64,000 nt of DNA, taken from contig NC_083409.1 of assembly GCF_020745735.1 (NCBI RefSeq), forward strand, positions 6,933,534-6,997,533, written 5' to 3'. Below the pieces are notes generated by a model. It was not told where the DNA came from. It did no database searches and saw only the letters and a program-made list of their open reading frames with translations. Positions 35,416 through 47,130 of this stretch are shown in pieces (positions within the stretch are counted from its first letter, which is position 1; every line of letters starts with the position of its first letter). The position numbers and the translations under genes were made by a program. The DNA is from Hemiscyllium ocellatum (taxonomy: Eukaryota).

Positions 35416-37682
35416 CTGAAAGACAAGAGAAAGGTACATCAACTCTCTCAACAGTAACTGGTAAAATGTTTGAACATTTGTATACACTACCTAGCAAACC
35501 TGACAAAAGCTCTGGCATTTTAACAATTGCTTTTTGGGACGTGTACGACACTGGCAGAGCCAGTTGCTGCCCATCCCTAATTGTCTCTGAGAAGGTGATG
35601 GTGACGCTGCAGAAAGATTAGGGACAGTTCTGCACCATAATTTAAAGAATGAATGTGGGCAGCTGGAAGGGCTATCAATATGGGAGCATTTTAGTGACAG
35701 TGATCGGAACTCAGTGAGACTGAGAATAAGGATGGAAATGGAGAACCATGGAGCAAGTGTAAAAGTTTTTTTTTGGGTACAACCCATTTTACCAAACAGT
35801 GTGGTAATTTGATAAAAGAGTACTGGAACCATCGACTTGATGGGAGATCAGTGACAGGGCAGAGGGAGGTCTCCAAGGATGAGACAGAGACAGAGATCAT
35901 TCAGAATCTTTTCCCAAAAGAGTAAGAGTGGCACTCCCAAAGAGACAGTCTCAGCAAAGATGTGAAACTATCAATATGATATGGAGGCTCTTGTGTCCAA
36001 TGGGTTTGACATGTTCAGAAGTCACATTACACCAGGTTACAGTCCAACAGATTTATTTATAATTACAAGCTTGTGAAACGCTGCTCCATCTTCAGGTGAA
36101 GCGACTTCAGTGCAGAAGGAACAGAGCTCTGAAAGCTTGTGATTTGAAATAAGCCTGTTGGACTATAACCTGGTGTCGTGTGACTTCTGACCTCAAATGA
36201 AGCCCAGTTAGAGCACAGTGAGAGAACTGTGTGCAGTTCTGGTCACCACATTGCAGGAAGGATGTGCTCCCTCTGGAGATGGGGACAGTGGAGGATTTTG
36301 TCAGGAATGAGGAGTATTAGCTTTGAGGAATGATTGGTTTGGCTGGGACTGGTTTCTTTGGAACACAGGAGGCTGAGGGGAGATTTGATCGATGGTGTGT
36401 AAAATGATGAGGGGTCTGGATAGAGTGAGTAGGAAGAACTGATTTCCATCAGCACAGAGGGCAATAACCATGGGTAAAGATTGAAATGAATTGGGGGCAG
36501 GGTTAGAGGGGAGTTGAGGAGTAATTGTTTCACCCAGTGGCTGGTGGGATCGGGACCTCACTGTCTGAAAGGGTGAGAGCGGCAGAAACCCTCATCACAT
36601 TGAAAAAACACTTGGATATTCACTTGAAACACCAAAGACTCCAGAGCTATGGAGCAAGAGCTGGTATGTGGGGTGGAGTTCGACACCTCTTTAACAAACG
36701 TCCGATCACTCACAGCTTGGGAGAACTTTATCCAAGAACATTGGAGCAGAGCTGGATCAGCACACTTCAGGAAGGAGTCACGTTGGGTGTCCATGTAGAA
36801 GGTTCTAGATTTTTGTATCCAATCTTCCAGCTCAGCACTGGGGTAAGGTCAAATGTGAGAGTGCAAAGATCTCAGTGTCCTTGGATCAGACAGTGTCATT
36901 GCTCTTAATGATCCCATGTTCCCTGGAAGATGGAAGCCTGCATCCAATGGGCAAGGGTCAGATTCAGGAGACTCCAACCTCAAAGAAAGTCTTGCATTTA
37001 TGTTGCACCTGCCTCCACCTAAGGATGTCGCAGTGGCTCTTTCCATCAGACTGTGCTCAGCAAGATCCCAGAGAGCTGGGTGACAATGAGGCGAGGATCC
37101 GATTTTTAGTGATGCTAATTAGGGAATCAATATTGACCAGGACACCAGGAGTCACCGTCCTGCTGTCTGTCTAATAGAGCCATGGAATGGCATCTCTGAT
37201 ATCTGAAAGGCTCCCAGTGCATCAAAAGACAGACTTGTATGTCAGGCTCACCCAAAGCATTTACAGAGAGTGAGGGACTTGTCTGGACACTGGTCACTGT
37301 TGTAAGCAGAAAACACAATTTGTACACAGCAATATCGCACAAACATAAATGAGATTACGGAGCATGTTCAGTGATGTTTCAGGGATAAATATTGACCTGA
37401 AGTCAACCCAAAGAGAAAGCAAATGGGTTCAGTTGCACAGACTGTGAGAAAATGAAAGTCACAGGAAAAGCTGGGATTCGTGGTTAGTGATGGGTTTGAT
37501 TGTGACCAGAAAGTAAGAGGAAGGGTCAGGATTTGTGAATGTCATACTGTAACAAGGCAATACAGAAGTGCAGGGAAACTTGACAATTGAAATAACTTAA
37601 AAAGTCTTTGCATGATAACGCATGCAGCATTCAGAATTAGGTAGACAGCATGATGCCATAAATTGAGATAATTTGAGTTCCC

Positions 37683-38284
37683 GAGTTAAAAGTGAGGTCT
37701 GCAGATGCTGGAGATCAGAGCTGAAAATGTGTTGCTGGTTAAAACACAGCAGGTCAGGCAGCATCCAAGGAACAGGAAATTCGACGTTTCGGGCATAAGC
37801 CCTTCATCAGGGATGAGGAAAGTGGGATCGAGGGCGGGTAAGAGGCCAGCACGGGGTGTCCAGGTGGATGGGCTGTATTGGAGGCGGGAGAAGCAGTCAT
37901 CAGAGAGTGGGCGAGAGTCTTGGTTTTAAAAGTAGGCACGGAGGTGAAGCAGCGGAAGAATTGTTCAATGTCTCGCCGCGTGTTGAACTCATTAATCCGA
38001 GGGCGTAGGGGAATGAAGGTGAGGCCTCTGCTGAGAACTGATCTTTCATCCTCAGAGAGGGGGAGGTCTGCAAGGATGGTAAAGAGACGGCAAGGCTGGG
38101 AGCTAGGACCTGGTGTTGGACTGGAGCTGGGAGTGGGGGCGGGGTTAGACGCAGGGGCGGGGACAGAGATCGACGTGGGGGCGGGGTTAGACGTGGTGAC
38201 GAAAATCGGTGCGGGGTCGGGATTAAGCGTGGGGGCGGGGTCACGCGTGTTGATGGAAGTCGGCGTGGGGGCGGGGTTACGCAC
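37683..38284 (-). mobile_element. Truncated Penelope-like element with NPAP-type tandem repeats
   Basis: 11-bp TSD TTTGAGTTCCC at 37672-37682 and 38285-38295; encodes LSEDERSVLSRGLTFIPLRPRINEFNTRRDIEQFF; GGGGCGGGGTT repeats at 38130-38280; empty site at ~7465-7480. Confidence 0.85.
37783..37810 (-). ncRNA. Minimal hammerhead ribozyme core (intact core, ACGU palindrome)
   Basis: Minus strand reads CUGAUGA-A-GGGC-UUAU-GCCC-GAAA-C-GUC, followed by GAAUU. Confidence 0.65.
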
Positions 38285-39642
38285 TTTGAGTTCCCAAGGA
38301 CTTTAAAATCGTTAAAGAGACGCAGGGCTCAGGAGAGGTTCGTAAAGTTCCCAGAATAATTAATCGGACATAGATTATGGAAAGGGTCAGAAAAATAATT
38401 TTAGGCACAGTGCATAAGGGATGACAACGAACAGGAAGGCAGTCAATGCAGGACTGCTGGTGTTGTCCCTGAATGCAGGGAGTATCTGAAATGAGGTAAA
38501 TGAGCTTGAAGTGCAGATTGGAATTAGAAGGTATGATGTTTTGAGTATCACAGAGACCTGGCTGTAAGGGGTTGAGGGCTGCGATTGAAATACTCAAGGA
38601 TGCACATCCGATTGACAGGACAAGCTGATGGGCAGATGGGGGTGGGGTTACGTTCTTGGTAAGAAATGAAATGAGATCAATCACAAGAAGGGATTTAGAG
38701 TTGGAATGCATTCAATCTGTGTGGTAGAGTTGAGGAGTTGCAGGGGAGAAAGAGCATGATGAGAACTTAGCACAGGACCCCCCAGCAGCAGTCAGGATAT
38801 GAGGAAGAAAATAAATTAGGTGATAGAGAAGGCCCTGCGACAATAGTCATGAGGGACTTCAATATGCAGGTAGACTGGAAAATTAAGTTGTTTGGGGATC
38901 TCAAGGGAAGGAATTAATGATATGTCTACGAGATGGTTTTTGGAGCAGCTTGTGGTAGAGATCACTATGGAAATGGCAATTCTGGATTGGATGATGTTTA
39001 TTGAAGCAGACCTGATTAGGGAACTTAGTGTGCAGGAATCCCTTGGGGACATTCACCGTAATATGACAGAATTCACCCTGCAGTTTGTGACAGAGAATCT
39101 GGAGTCAGATGTACTGGTAATGCAATTAACTTAAGGTAACTACAAAGACATGTGGGAGGAGCTGGCCAGAGTTGGTAAGAAGGGAAGCTGAGCATAAGAG
39201 AGAATGGAGCAGCAATGGCAGGAGCTTCTGCGGGTAATTTGGGAGGCAGAGCAGGAATTCAACCCAAGGAAGAAGAAAGGTACTGAGTGGAGGCCAAGGC
39301 AACCATTGCTGATGAGGGAAGCCAGGGTCAGCATAAAAGCAAAAGAACAAACATGCAATGTGGTAAAGATTATTGGGAAGTCTTTAAAAAACAGCAGAGA
39401 GCAACTAAAAAAAGTAAGGGTGGGTGAGTAAATAAAATATAAGGGTATTTGAGCTAGTAACATAATTAGAATAATAAATTAGTAACATAATCAGAATATT
39501 GCAAAAGTTTTCTTTCGATATATGAAAGGCAAGTGGGAGTCAATAATACAAATTGTACCACTGGAAAAGGCAGAAATAGTAATGGGGAACAAAGAAATGG
39601 TGGAAGAAGTGCATCGGTGCTTTGAATCAGCTTTCACAGTAG

Positions 39643-40245
39643 TGTGACAATGCTGCTCATTTCACAAGTTTGAGTTGTCCTTGGATTTTTTTTCAAGAGG
39701 GGTTGTAAAGGCAGAGGTTCCAATTTGTCTGGGTTAGGGACTTTGCTCATGGCTAACAGATACTGCCTAAGGCAACAGTCAGGGAAAAGGCTTTTAGGTT
39801 TTAAATTAAACACTTGTCCAACAAGAGGAAAGTGGCCAGTTCTTCCAGTTTGCAGTTTGTGACAAACAGTCGGTTGGAAGCTCCTGGATAAAGAAAGTTC
39901 TCCAATTCAACATTTTCCAGTGGACTCACTGTCTGAAATTCCTCTCCTGTAAGAACCTCTGTGTTTACATTTACCTTTTCACCAAGGATGTTGCAGCAAA
40001 TTGGGACAGCTCTTTGTCAAGTTGCATTTTCTCGACAGTTGTGTTTTCCAATAGTTAAGTTTTTTCTAAATTCTGTTTTCTTTTGATTGTGTGTAAATAA
40101 ATTCTCTTTTCCTTCAAGCTGAGTGGTTTGGCCAGTTGTATCAATCTTGGAATATCCAGGTTACATTTGTTTAGCACAATTCGAAAAGGTAAGGTCTGGG
40201 CTGCATTCTTAAAATGTTTCGAGGGGCCTGGTCTGGTCCATAACA
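39643..40245 (+). mobile_element. Probable solo LTR of a different family
   Basis: 603 nt bounded by TGTGACA...CATAACA with AATAAA at ~40096, interrupting LINE sequence; no matching TSD found. Confidence 0.5.
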
Positions 40246-41394
40246 ATGTCACAGAGTCCTACAGCATGGAGACAGGCCATTTGGACCAAACTGGTCCATG
40301 CCAACCAAAATGTCTATTTACACTAATCCTGCACTTGGCCCATATCCTTCTCAATCCTTTCCTTTCCTGTATTTGGCCAAATGCCCTTTAAATGTTATTA
40401 ATGTAACCACGTCAAACAATCCTATGTGTAAAAAGGTTGCCCCTCAGGTTCCCTTTTATTCTTTCCCCCTAAATTTAAACTGATGCACTCTAGTTCATAT
40501 TTGCAAACCCTGGGGAAAAGACTGAGTGAAGTCACCCTATCCATGCCTCTCATGATATTATGAGGTCCTCCATCAGTCTCCTACACTCTAAAGAAAAAAG
40601 TACTCTCACTTTAACTGAAACCATTGAATCCTGGCAACATCCTTGAAAATTTCTTCTGCACTCTTTCCAGTTTAGTAACATCCTTCATGTAACAAGGTGA
40701 CCAAAACTGAACACAATATTCCGAGTGTGGCTTCACCAATGTCCTGTATAACTGCAACATAACTTCCCAACATCTGTGGGCAATGCCCTGACTGATGAAG
40801 GGCACTGAAGAAAAAGCTCTTTTCTCTGTTCTATCTACCTGTGACTACATTTTCAGAGAATTGCTTACCTGAATTCTAAGGCCCCTCTGTTCCACTATAT
40901 TCCTTAAGCCCCTATCATTCACCAAGATATTGTTGATAAGTTTGTAGATGACACAAAATTGGTGAAAAGACAGGTGGAGTTGAGGAAGTCGGGGAGATTG
41001 CAGAAGGACTTGGTCAGGCTGGGAGAATGTGCAAAGAAGTGGCAGGTGGAGTACAGTGTGGGAACTTGTGAGGTTAGATCCTTTGGTGGGAAGAATAGAG
41101 GCACAGACTGTTTTCTAAGTGAAGAAAAATTTCAGAAAACTGAAGCACAAAGAGAATTGTGAGTCGTGGTCACAGTGGTCTATGGAAGCCACGGTGTTGA
41201 GAGTATTTAAAACAGAAACAGATAGTTTCTTGATCAGTCAGGAGATCAAAAATTAAAAGGAGAATGGGGTTGAGAAGCACATCACACAAGATCAAATGGC
41301 AGAGCAGACTCTCTTCTGACTGGCCTAATTCTGCTCCTATATCTTAAGTATTTTGGGTTTATGGAGAGGTTCCTTGAAACCCTGGAAAATTGGA

Positions 41395-41740
41395 AGTAAG
41401 GTCACTTAGTGGTTAGCCCTGCTGCCTCACAACACTATGGAGCCAGGTTTGATTCTAGCCTCGTTCGTCTGTCTGTGTGGAGTTTGTATGTTCTCCCTTG
41501 TCTGCGTGGGTTTCCTCCGGGTGCTGTGGTTTCCTCCCACAGTCCAAAGCTGTGCAGGTTCGGTGAATTGGCCTTGCTAAATTGCCCATAGTGTAGGTTA
41601 GGTACATTAGTCAGGAGTAAATGAAGGTTAAAAAGGTAGGGGAATGGGTCTGGGTGGGTTACTGTTCGGAGGGTCAGCATGGACTTGTTGGACCAAATGG
41701 CCGGTTTCCATACTGTAGGAATTACGTGATTCTATGGACA
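41395..41740 (+). mobile_element. tRNA-derived shark SINE (HE1-type)
   Basis: Same body as 590-885 (GGGTTTCCTCCGGGTGCT..GGTTTCCTCCCACAGTCCAAAG...GCTAAATTGCCC). Confidence 0.75.
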
Positions 41741-41839
41741 TTAATAGTACTGGATTGTGAGCCCTGCTGTTGCTGTTTCTCAAAAGAACTTAGACAAAAG
41801 ATAATCAGGAGTAGTGAGAGTGAGCATCAGGTTGCATGA

Positions 41840-42720
41840 GGGAACTGCTTGTCCTGCTTCCTGGAATACCATGAGCACAGGAAGTGTGGTCAGTGACAGT
41901 AGTTGCAACTCCGGGTTTTGGAGCTTGAGCAGCAGCTGGTGTCAGTGCGGAGCGTCCGTGAGGCTGAGAGCTCCGTGGAGAGGACGTTTCTAGATGTGGT
42001 CACTCTGGAGCTTCAGAGTATGCAGGGAGAAAGGGAATGGGGGAGCTGCAGACAGTCCAAAAGGATTAGGCAGCTAGTACAGGAATACCCTGAGTGTATC
42101 CCACTCTCCAACCAGGATTCAGTTTGGAATTCTGATGAGAATGATGGTTCATATGGGGAGTGCAGCCAAAGTCCCTGGCACCATGCGGGGCTCAGCTGTA
42201 CAGCGGGTGCACAGGGAAGACTGGAAGAGAGATAGTGAGCGGGGATTCGAGAGTGAGGGCAATCGATAGCTGTTTCTGCAGCTGCAGATGGGAATCCAGG
42301 ATGGTGTGTTGTCTCCCTGGTGCCAGGTCAAGTCTGTCACTGAGCAGCTGCAGAGCATCTTGAGGGGAGAAGGGGAACAGGCAGCAGTGGTGGTCTATAT
42401 CGGTCCCAGTGACAGAGGGAGAAAAGGGACGTGGTCCTCCAGTCAGAATTAGGGAGTTCCAGAGGGAATTAGCAGCAGGAGCTCAAAAATAGGAATCTCC
42501 AATATTACCCCCAGTGCCCCACGCAACTGCGAATAGAAGGAGGAGGATAGCACTGATGACAGTGGAACTGAAAAGACAGTCCAGTAGGAAGGGCTTTTGG
42601 TGAAGATGGACATTTACAGACCAGATGGGTTGCTCCAGAACAGATCTGGGACTGAGTTCCTCTGGGATGATTAACTAGTACTATTGGAGAGGGTTTAAAC
42701 TAACTTGGCTGGGCTGTGGG
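41840..42720 (+). mobile_element. CR1-like LINE ORF1 remnant (leucine-zipper/esterase type)
   Basis: LQLRVLELEQQL...IPLSNQ and RMVCCLPGAR motifs, matching the ORF1 remnants at 56.4-56.75 and 61.2-61.6 kb. Confidence 0.7.
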
Positions 42721-43867
42721 ATCCAGGAGGTAATACCAGAGAGGAACACAGAGGTGCACAGAATCCTGGGAGAAATACAGAGCACCAGAATAAGGAATAG
42801 AACTTCTTAGCCAGTTTCAGAGTGAGGGACAGAGAGTAATAAATTCTAAATCAGTTTTGGGAATAAGACTGGGAAGATACAGCCACAGAGTGTTAAGTGG
42901 AAATCTGATATGTGTCTCTCACGTAGAAACATAAGATAATAAGAACATTAGAAATAGGAGCAGGAGTGGGCTATCTGACCGATCGAGGATGATGGACGTA
43001 AGATAGACTGAAGAAGTTAGGACTGCCTTCCTAAGAGAAGAGAAGGCAGAGAGGAGATTTGATCGAGAAATCAGGAGGGGTCTGAACAGAGGAAACCAGG
43101 AGAAAATGTTCCCACCTGAGAAAGAATTGAGGGGGAGAGGCCATGCATTGAAAATAATTGGTAAAAGAAACAAAAGAGATGAGTGAAAAACATTTTCAGC
43201 CAGTGAGTGGTTAAGGTGTGGAATGCACTGCCTGAGAGTGTGGTGGAGGCAACTTCAATTGAAATATTCCGAAGGGAATAAAACTGTATTTGAAAAGAAA
43301 TAATGTGCAGGGTGACAGGGAGAAGGCAGGAGAATGACACTCAGTCAAGTGCTCATACAGAGAGCCGGTCCAAACAGAATGGGTGGAACGGCCTCCTTGT
43401 GCACTGTAATAATTCTGTGATTGTGTGATTGAGCAGAGTTAAAGCTGGGGGAGGTGGGAGCTAGGTGTCTCACTGTGCTGCTGCTGCTGCTGCTGCTGCT
43501 GAGGTCAGTGAGATCAGAGACTGGGACAGGGAGCCAGAGCTCACATCAAACTCTGCCCCGTGTCCGTCACACTGAGACTGGCAGGAGGCTACTCACTGAT
43601 TTCACTCCATGCTGCAGGAATCGGACCACAGGCTGCAAATGGACAGAGCTCCTCCACACAGTGAGCAAAACTTACTGACTTATATCTTGTTTTTTAAAGG
43701 GGGCAATAGGATGATAGAAATACAGCTGGACACCCTGTTATACACAGTGCTCCTCGATCAACTATTTCATTTACTGCAGCTCCTCACTAACATCTGCAGC
43801 AATTCAGCATTTGTGATTTAGAAAGTTTCAGTATTGAAAGGGTTAATAACGGAGGATTGCAGTTTAC

Positions 43868-43902
43868 TTAGTCTGAGCTTAGTTCCATTTCCGAACGTAA
43901 GC
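43868..43902 (-). CDS. IGKJ: Ig light-chain joining segment
   Basis: G CTT ACG TTC GGA AAT GGA ACT AAG CTC AGA CTA A|GTAAAC = LTFGNGTKLRL, with the FGxG motif and a GT donor at 43867-43866. Confidence 0.95.
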
Positions 43903-43941
43903 CACAGTGAGAGCTCCCAGTGCAGAGGCTGTACAAAAACC
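43903..43941 (+). other. 23-bp-spacer recombination signal sequence of J
   Basis: CACAGTG (43903-43909), 23 nt, ACAAAAACC (43933-43941): perfect consensus. Confidence 0.98.
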
Positions 43942-44347
43942 TCAGCTCTCTGCTTCCCCCGTCACTCTCACCCTCTCCCTATCTACCAGTCTGTCGATCA
44001 CTCTCACCCTCTTTGTTCCCCTATCAGTCTCTCCCTCATTCACATGTCTTTCTGTCTCTGCCTCTGGGTTGTGAACTTTATTTTTCGTTGTTAAATCTTG
44101 CAGCTGTTCTTCACATATGGCCATGGAGTGGAAGGGGGAAACCTGAGGCCTTCAGTGAGCGGTGAATACCACAGGGACTGGAGTATGTAGGGGATATTGA
44201 CAATTCCAGCACTGGGTAATGTGTTCAGTTTCATTTAGATCTAACTGTGGGATATGTCAGTTCAGGCGGTGGGACTGTGTGTCCATTATTATGCATTTTA
44301 TATAACTGTGGGATGTGTCATTACAGGAGGTGATTCTGTGTGCTTAA

Positions 44348-44375
44348 GGTTTTTGTATGGCTCTGCATCATTGTG
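44348..44375 (-). other. 12-bp-spacer recombination signal sequence of V
   Basis: Minus strand CACAATG, 12 nt (ATGCAGAGCCAT), ACAAAAACC. V-12/J-23 is the kappa configuration. Confidence 0.96.
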
Positions 44376-44674
44376 TAGAGGGTAGCTGCTACCGTGCTGA
44401 CAGTAATAGTCAGCGACATCCTCATTCTGAACGTTGCTGATTGTCAGGGTGAAACTGGTCCCATATCCACTGCCGGTGAGTTGCTGGGAGACTCCTGTGA
44501 ATCGATATGTTGCCTAATAGATCAGAAGAGTGGGTTTCTGACCTTCTCGCTGCTGGTAACAGTCAACATAGCTGCTAACAGATTGACTGGCCCGACATGT
44601 AATTGTTGCGATCTGACCCAGTCCCACTGACAGCACCGGGGGAGACTGGGTCATGATGATGTCCCCATTGATAC
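44376..44674 (-). pseudogene. IGKV: Ig light-chain kappa-type variable exon, pseudogene
   Basis: [95 protein letters not shown]. The conserved FR2 Trp is Cys (44559-44561) and there is an in-frame TAG (44514-44516); acceptor CTCAG at 44675-44679. Confidence 0.95.
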
Positions 44675-44861
44675 CTGAGGGGGTCAGAGAGAAACACAGT
44701 GAAGTCAGAACTGTCACAGAAAGAGAGTGTCAAATGAGAGATTGTTGAAAACACTGAGCATTACACTGGTTTCTGTATTTTTCCTTCAATCACAAGTCAG
44801 TGGAATTGAAGTGAAATGGAGAACAGCGAAAGATTCAAGATCGAAGGAGAGAGATTTGTAC

Positions 44862-44910
44862 CTGCGACACAGAATGCCAGGGGCCAGATCAGCTGGATGT
44901 GTCAAATCAT
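44862..44910 (-). pseudogene. IGKV: V leader exon with premature stop
   Basis: ATG ATT TGA CAC ATC CAG CTG ATC TGG CCC CTG GCA TTC TGT GTC GCA G|GTACAA = MI*HIQLIWPLAFCVA; TGA at 44902-44904. Confidence 0.9.
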
Positions 44911-44969
44911 GGTGTGTGCTCCTGTCCCTGTGCCTGGTTCCTGATAAACCCTCCCTTCACTGGGCTCTG

Positions 44970-45050
44970 TTTTATAAATCTGCAGCCCGTGAGATTCTGA
45001 CTGGGTGTTCCTCAGTATGTAAATGGCATCAGGCAGAGAGAGCCACGTCA
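44970..45050 (-). promoter_or_regulatory. V promoter: TATA box, variant octamer, CRE-like site
   Basis: Minus strand TATAAAA (44970-44976), ATTTACAT (45017-45024; one mismatch to the light-chain octamer ATTTGCAT) and TGACGTG (45044-45050). Confidence 0.75.
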
Positions 45051-46849
45051 GCCTCTCACACTTCCTCTTCTCTCTCTCTTTGTCTCAGAGAGTCATCGAT
45101 GTGAACAGCAGTGAATGAGGCAATTTGGTCCAATGTATCTGTCTGGTAAACAAAGATGTGATGACACTTATCCCATCCTCCAGGTCTTGGCCCATTTCCC
45201 AGGAGGCTACAGCAATACAAGGAAATATCTAAACACTGCTCCATTGTCATGAGAGTTTTGACTCAACCAGCCTTTCAAGCAGTTAGTTCCAGACTCCCAC
45301 CACCCTCTGGGTGAAAACATTTCTTGTCAATTCTCCTCTCAGTCTGTAACTCAACTGGGCCTGGATTCACTCGAGTTTAGAAGGATGAGACAGGATCTGA
45401 TTGAATCAGATAAAATTCCAACAGGCCCGAGCAGGGAGGAGGTTCCCCTGGTTGGGGAGTCAGAAACCAGGGACGCAGTCTCAGGGAGATACTGGGTAGA
45501 CCATTTAGGACCGAATGAGGAAACATTTCTTCACTCAGAGGATGGTCAACCTGATGAATTCTCTACCACAAACGGCTGTGGAGGACAAGGAACTGAATAT
45601 ATTCAATAAAAAAAGAGAGATGGTTGTTTTGAATTTTAACAGCATGAAGGAAATGGGGAGAAAGCAGGAACATAGCACTGAGAGAGGATCAGCCATGATC
45701 ATACTGAATGACACACAAGACTCAAAGGGCCGAATGGCCTACTCTTGCTCCAAGTTTCTATGTGTCCATGTCTGTGTTACCTTCGATCTTTGCCCCTGGT
45801 TATTGAGTCCTTTACTCTTGTATAAAGTGCCTTCCTATGCAACGTATCACTGTGAACAATTATCTTTTACCTCTCTCTCAGGTCCCCTCTCAACCTTCAA
45901 TGCTCCAAGGAAAACAACACCAACCTTTCCAATGTTTCCGCAAAGCTGGCCCTCCATCTCAGGCAGCATCCTGGGAAATCTCCTCTTCCCCCTCTCAAGT
46001 ACAATCACATCCTTCCCAGAATGTTGTGACCAGGACCTTTCTCTCTCTCTCTTCCTCTTTCTGTCTGTATCACATCTGCTGCTTTGATCTCTTGACATCT
46101 ATCTCTCTCCCACTGTTAATCTCTCTGATATTCTGTCTCTCTGACTCTGTCTCATAGCCACTCTCTCCAACTCACTCAATCTTCCTCACTCCGTCTCATA
46201 ATCTTTCTCCATCTCTCACTGTCTCCGTCACTTGCTCCATCTCTCGCTTCAATTGAAAGCCTCCAAATATTATCTACCCCTCTCTATTTTTCCCTCTGTC
46301 TCTCTCTCTCCTTCTCCGCATTCCACTCGGCCTCTATTTCTCTCTCTCTGTCTCGCTTCTCTCCCTTTCTCACAGTGTCCCAGGTGGTGACAGTTGAATT
46401 CAAGATAAATCTCTCTCTGCTCTGCCCCACTAATAGATGTTAACCCTTGACCCCAGAAGCATGTCTTCTCCTGGAGTAAAGGCCATTTTCCACATTGACC
46501 AGGTTTTGGTATCTCTCAGGAAGATCAACAGATTGTTGTTAAATGAAGGACAGTTTTGTGCTGTTGGCCTATTCTCGTTGGGGATTGGTTTGGACACAAA
46601 CTTAATTCAATGAAGGCACAGTAGAGAGAGGAGATCCTCAGGCCATTAGTGTGACCTGGAGGGACAGGACAGGCTCTGACCCACTGACCCATACTGTCCA
46701 TTCACAACATGCTCCAATCCCTTCCCCTCTCCTTCCCCTTCCACGATCAGTCTCTGAGTCAGGGTGTTTTACTGGGATGAGGTTTGGACCATCAAACAGT
46801 TACAACAGAAAGGAACTGAACCCCACACCCACCATGGTGTCCACGATGC

Positions 46850-47130
46850 ACTGGACTCTCCAACAGAGTCCAGTAAACATGGACGTCAGTTCACGAGAGT
46901 GCCCCATGGAGAGACATGGGCCTCCTTCCCACTGAAGCTCCCAATAGAGACTAGTAAACATGGGCATCGTTCCTGCTTGAGCCTCCAATAAAGACAAGGA
47001 AATGTTGGCCTCTTTCCTAGTGGACTCTCCAAAGGAGACCAGTAAACATGGACCTCCTTCTGACTGGATACTCCAAGAAGACCCGGAAATGTGGCCTCCT
47101 ATTCACTTGTCCTTCTAATAGAGACAAGTG
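46850..47130. repeat. Degenerate ~43-nt minisatellite
   Basis: AGTAAACATGG or its variant recurs at 46872, 46953, 46997, 47041 and 47084, with further units at ~48372-48445 beyond a LINE insertion. Confidence 0.75.

Noticed and set aside
35416-35551. Upstream extension of the 154-aa ORF 35087-35551 as a single-exon gene
   Set aside because: This part is intron read-through; the splice acceptor at 35416 and homology with the 4 kb copy define the true exon.
37754-38306. Pro/Ala-rich and Gly-rich ORFs resembling a host low-complexity protein
   Set aside because: They lie wholly within a TSD-bounded Penelope insertion.
46850-47130. Palindromic periodic repeat resembling a CRISPR array
   Set aside because: The units are contiguous degenerate tandem copies with no unique spacers, in vertebrate DNA with no cas genes.
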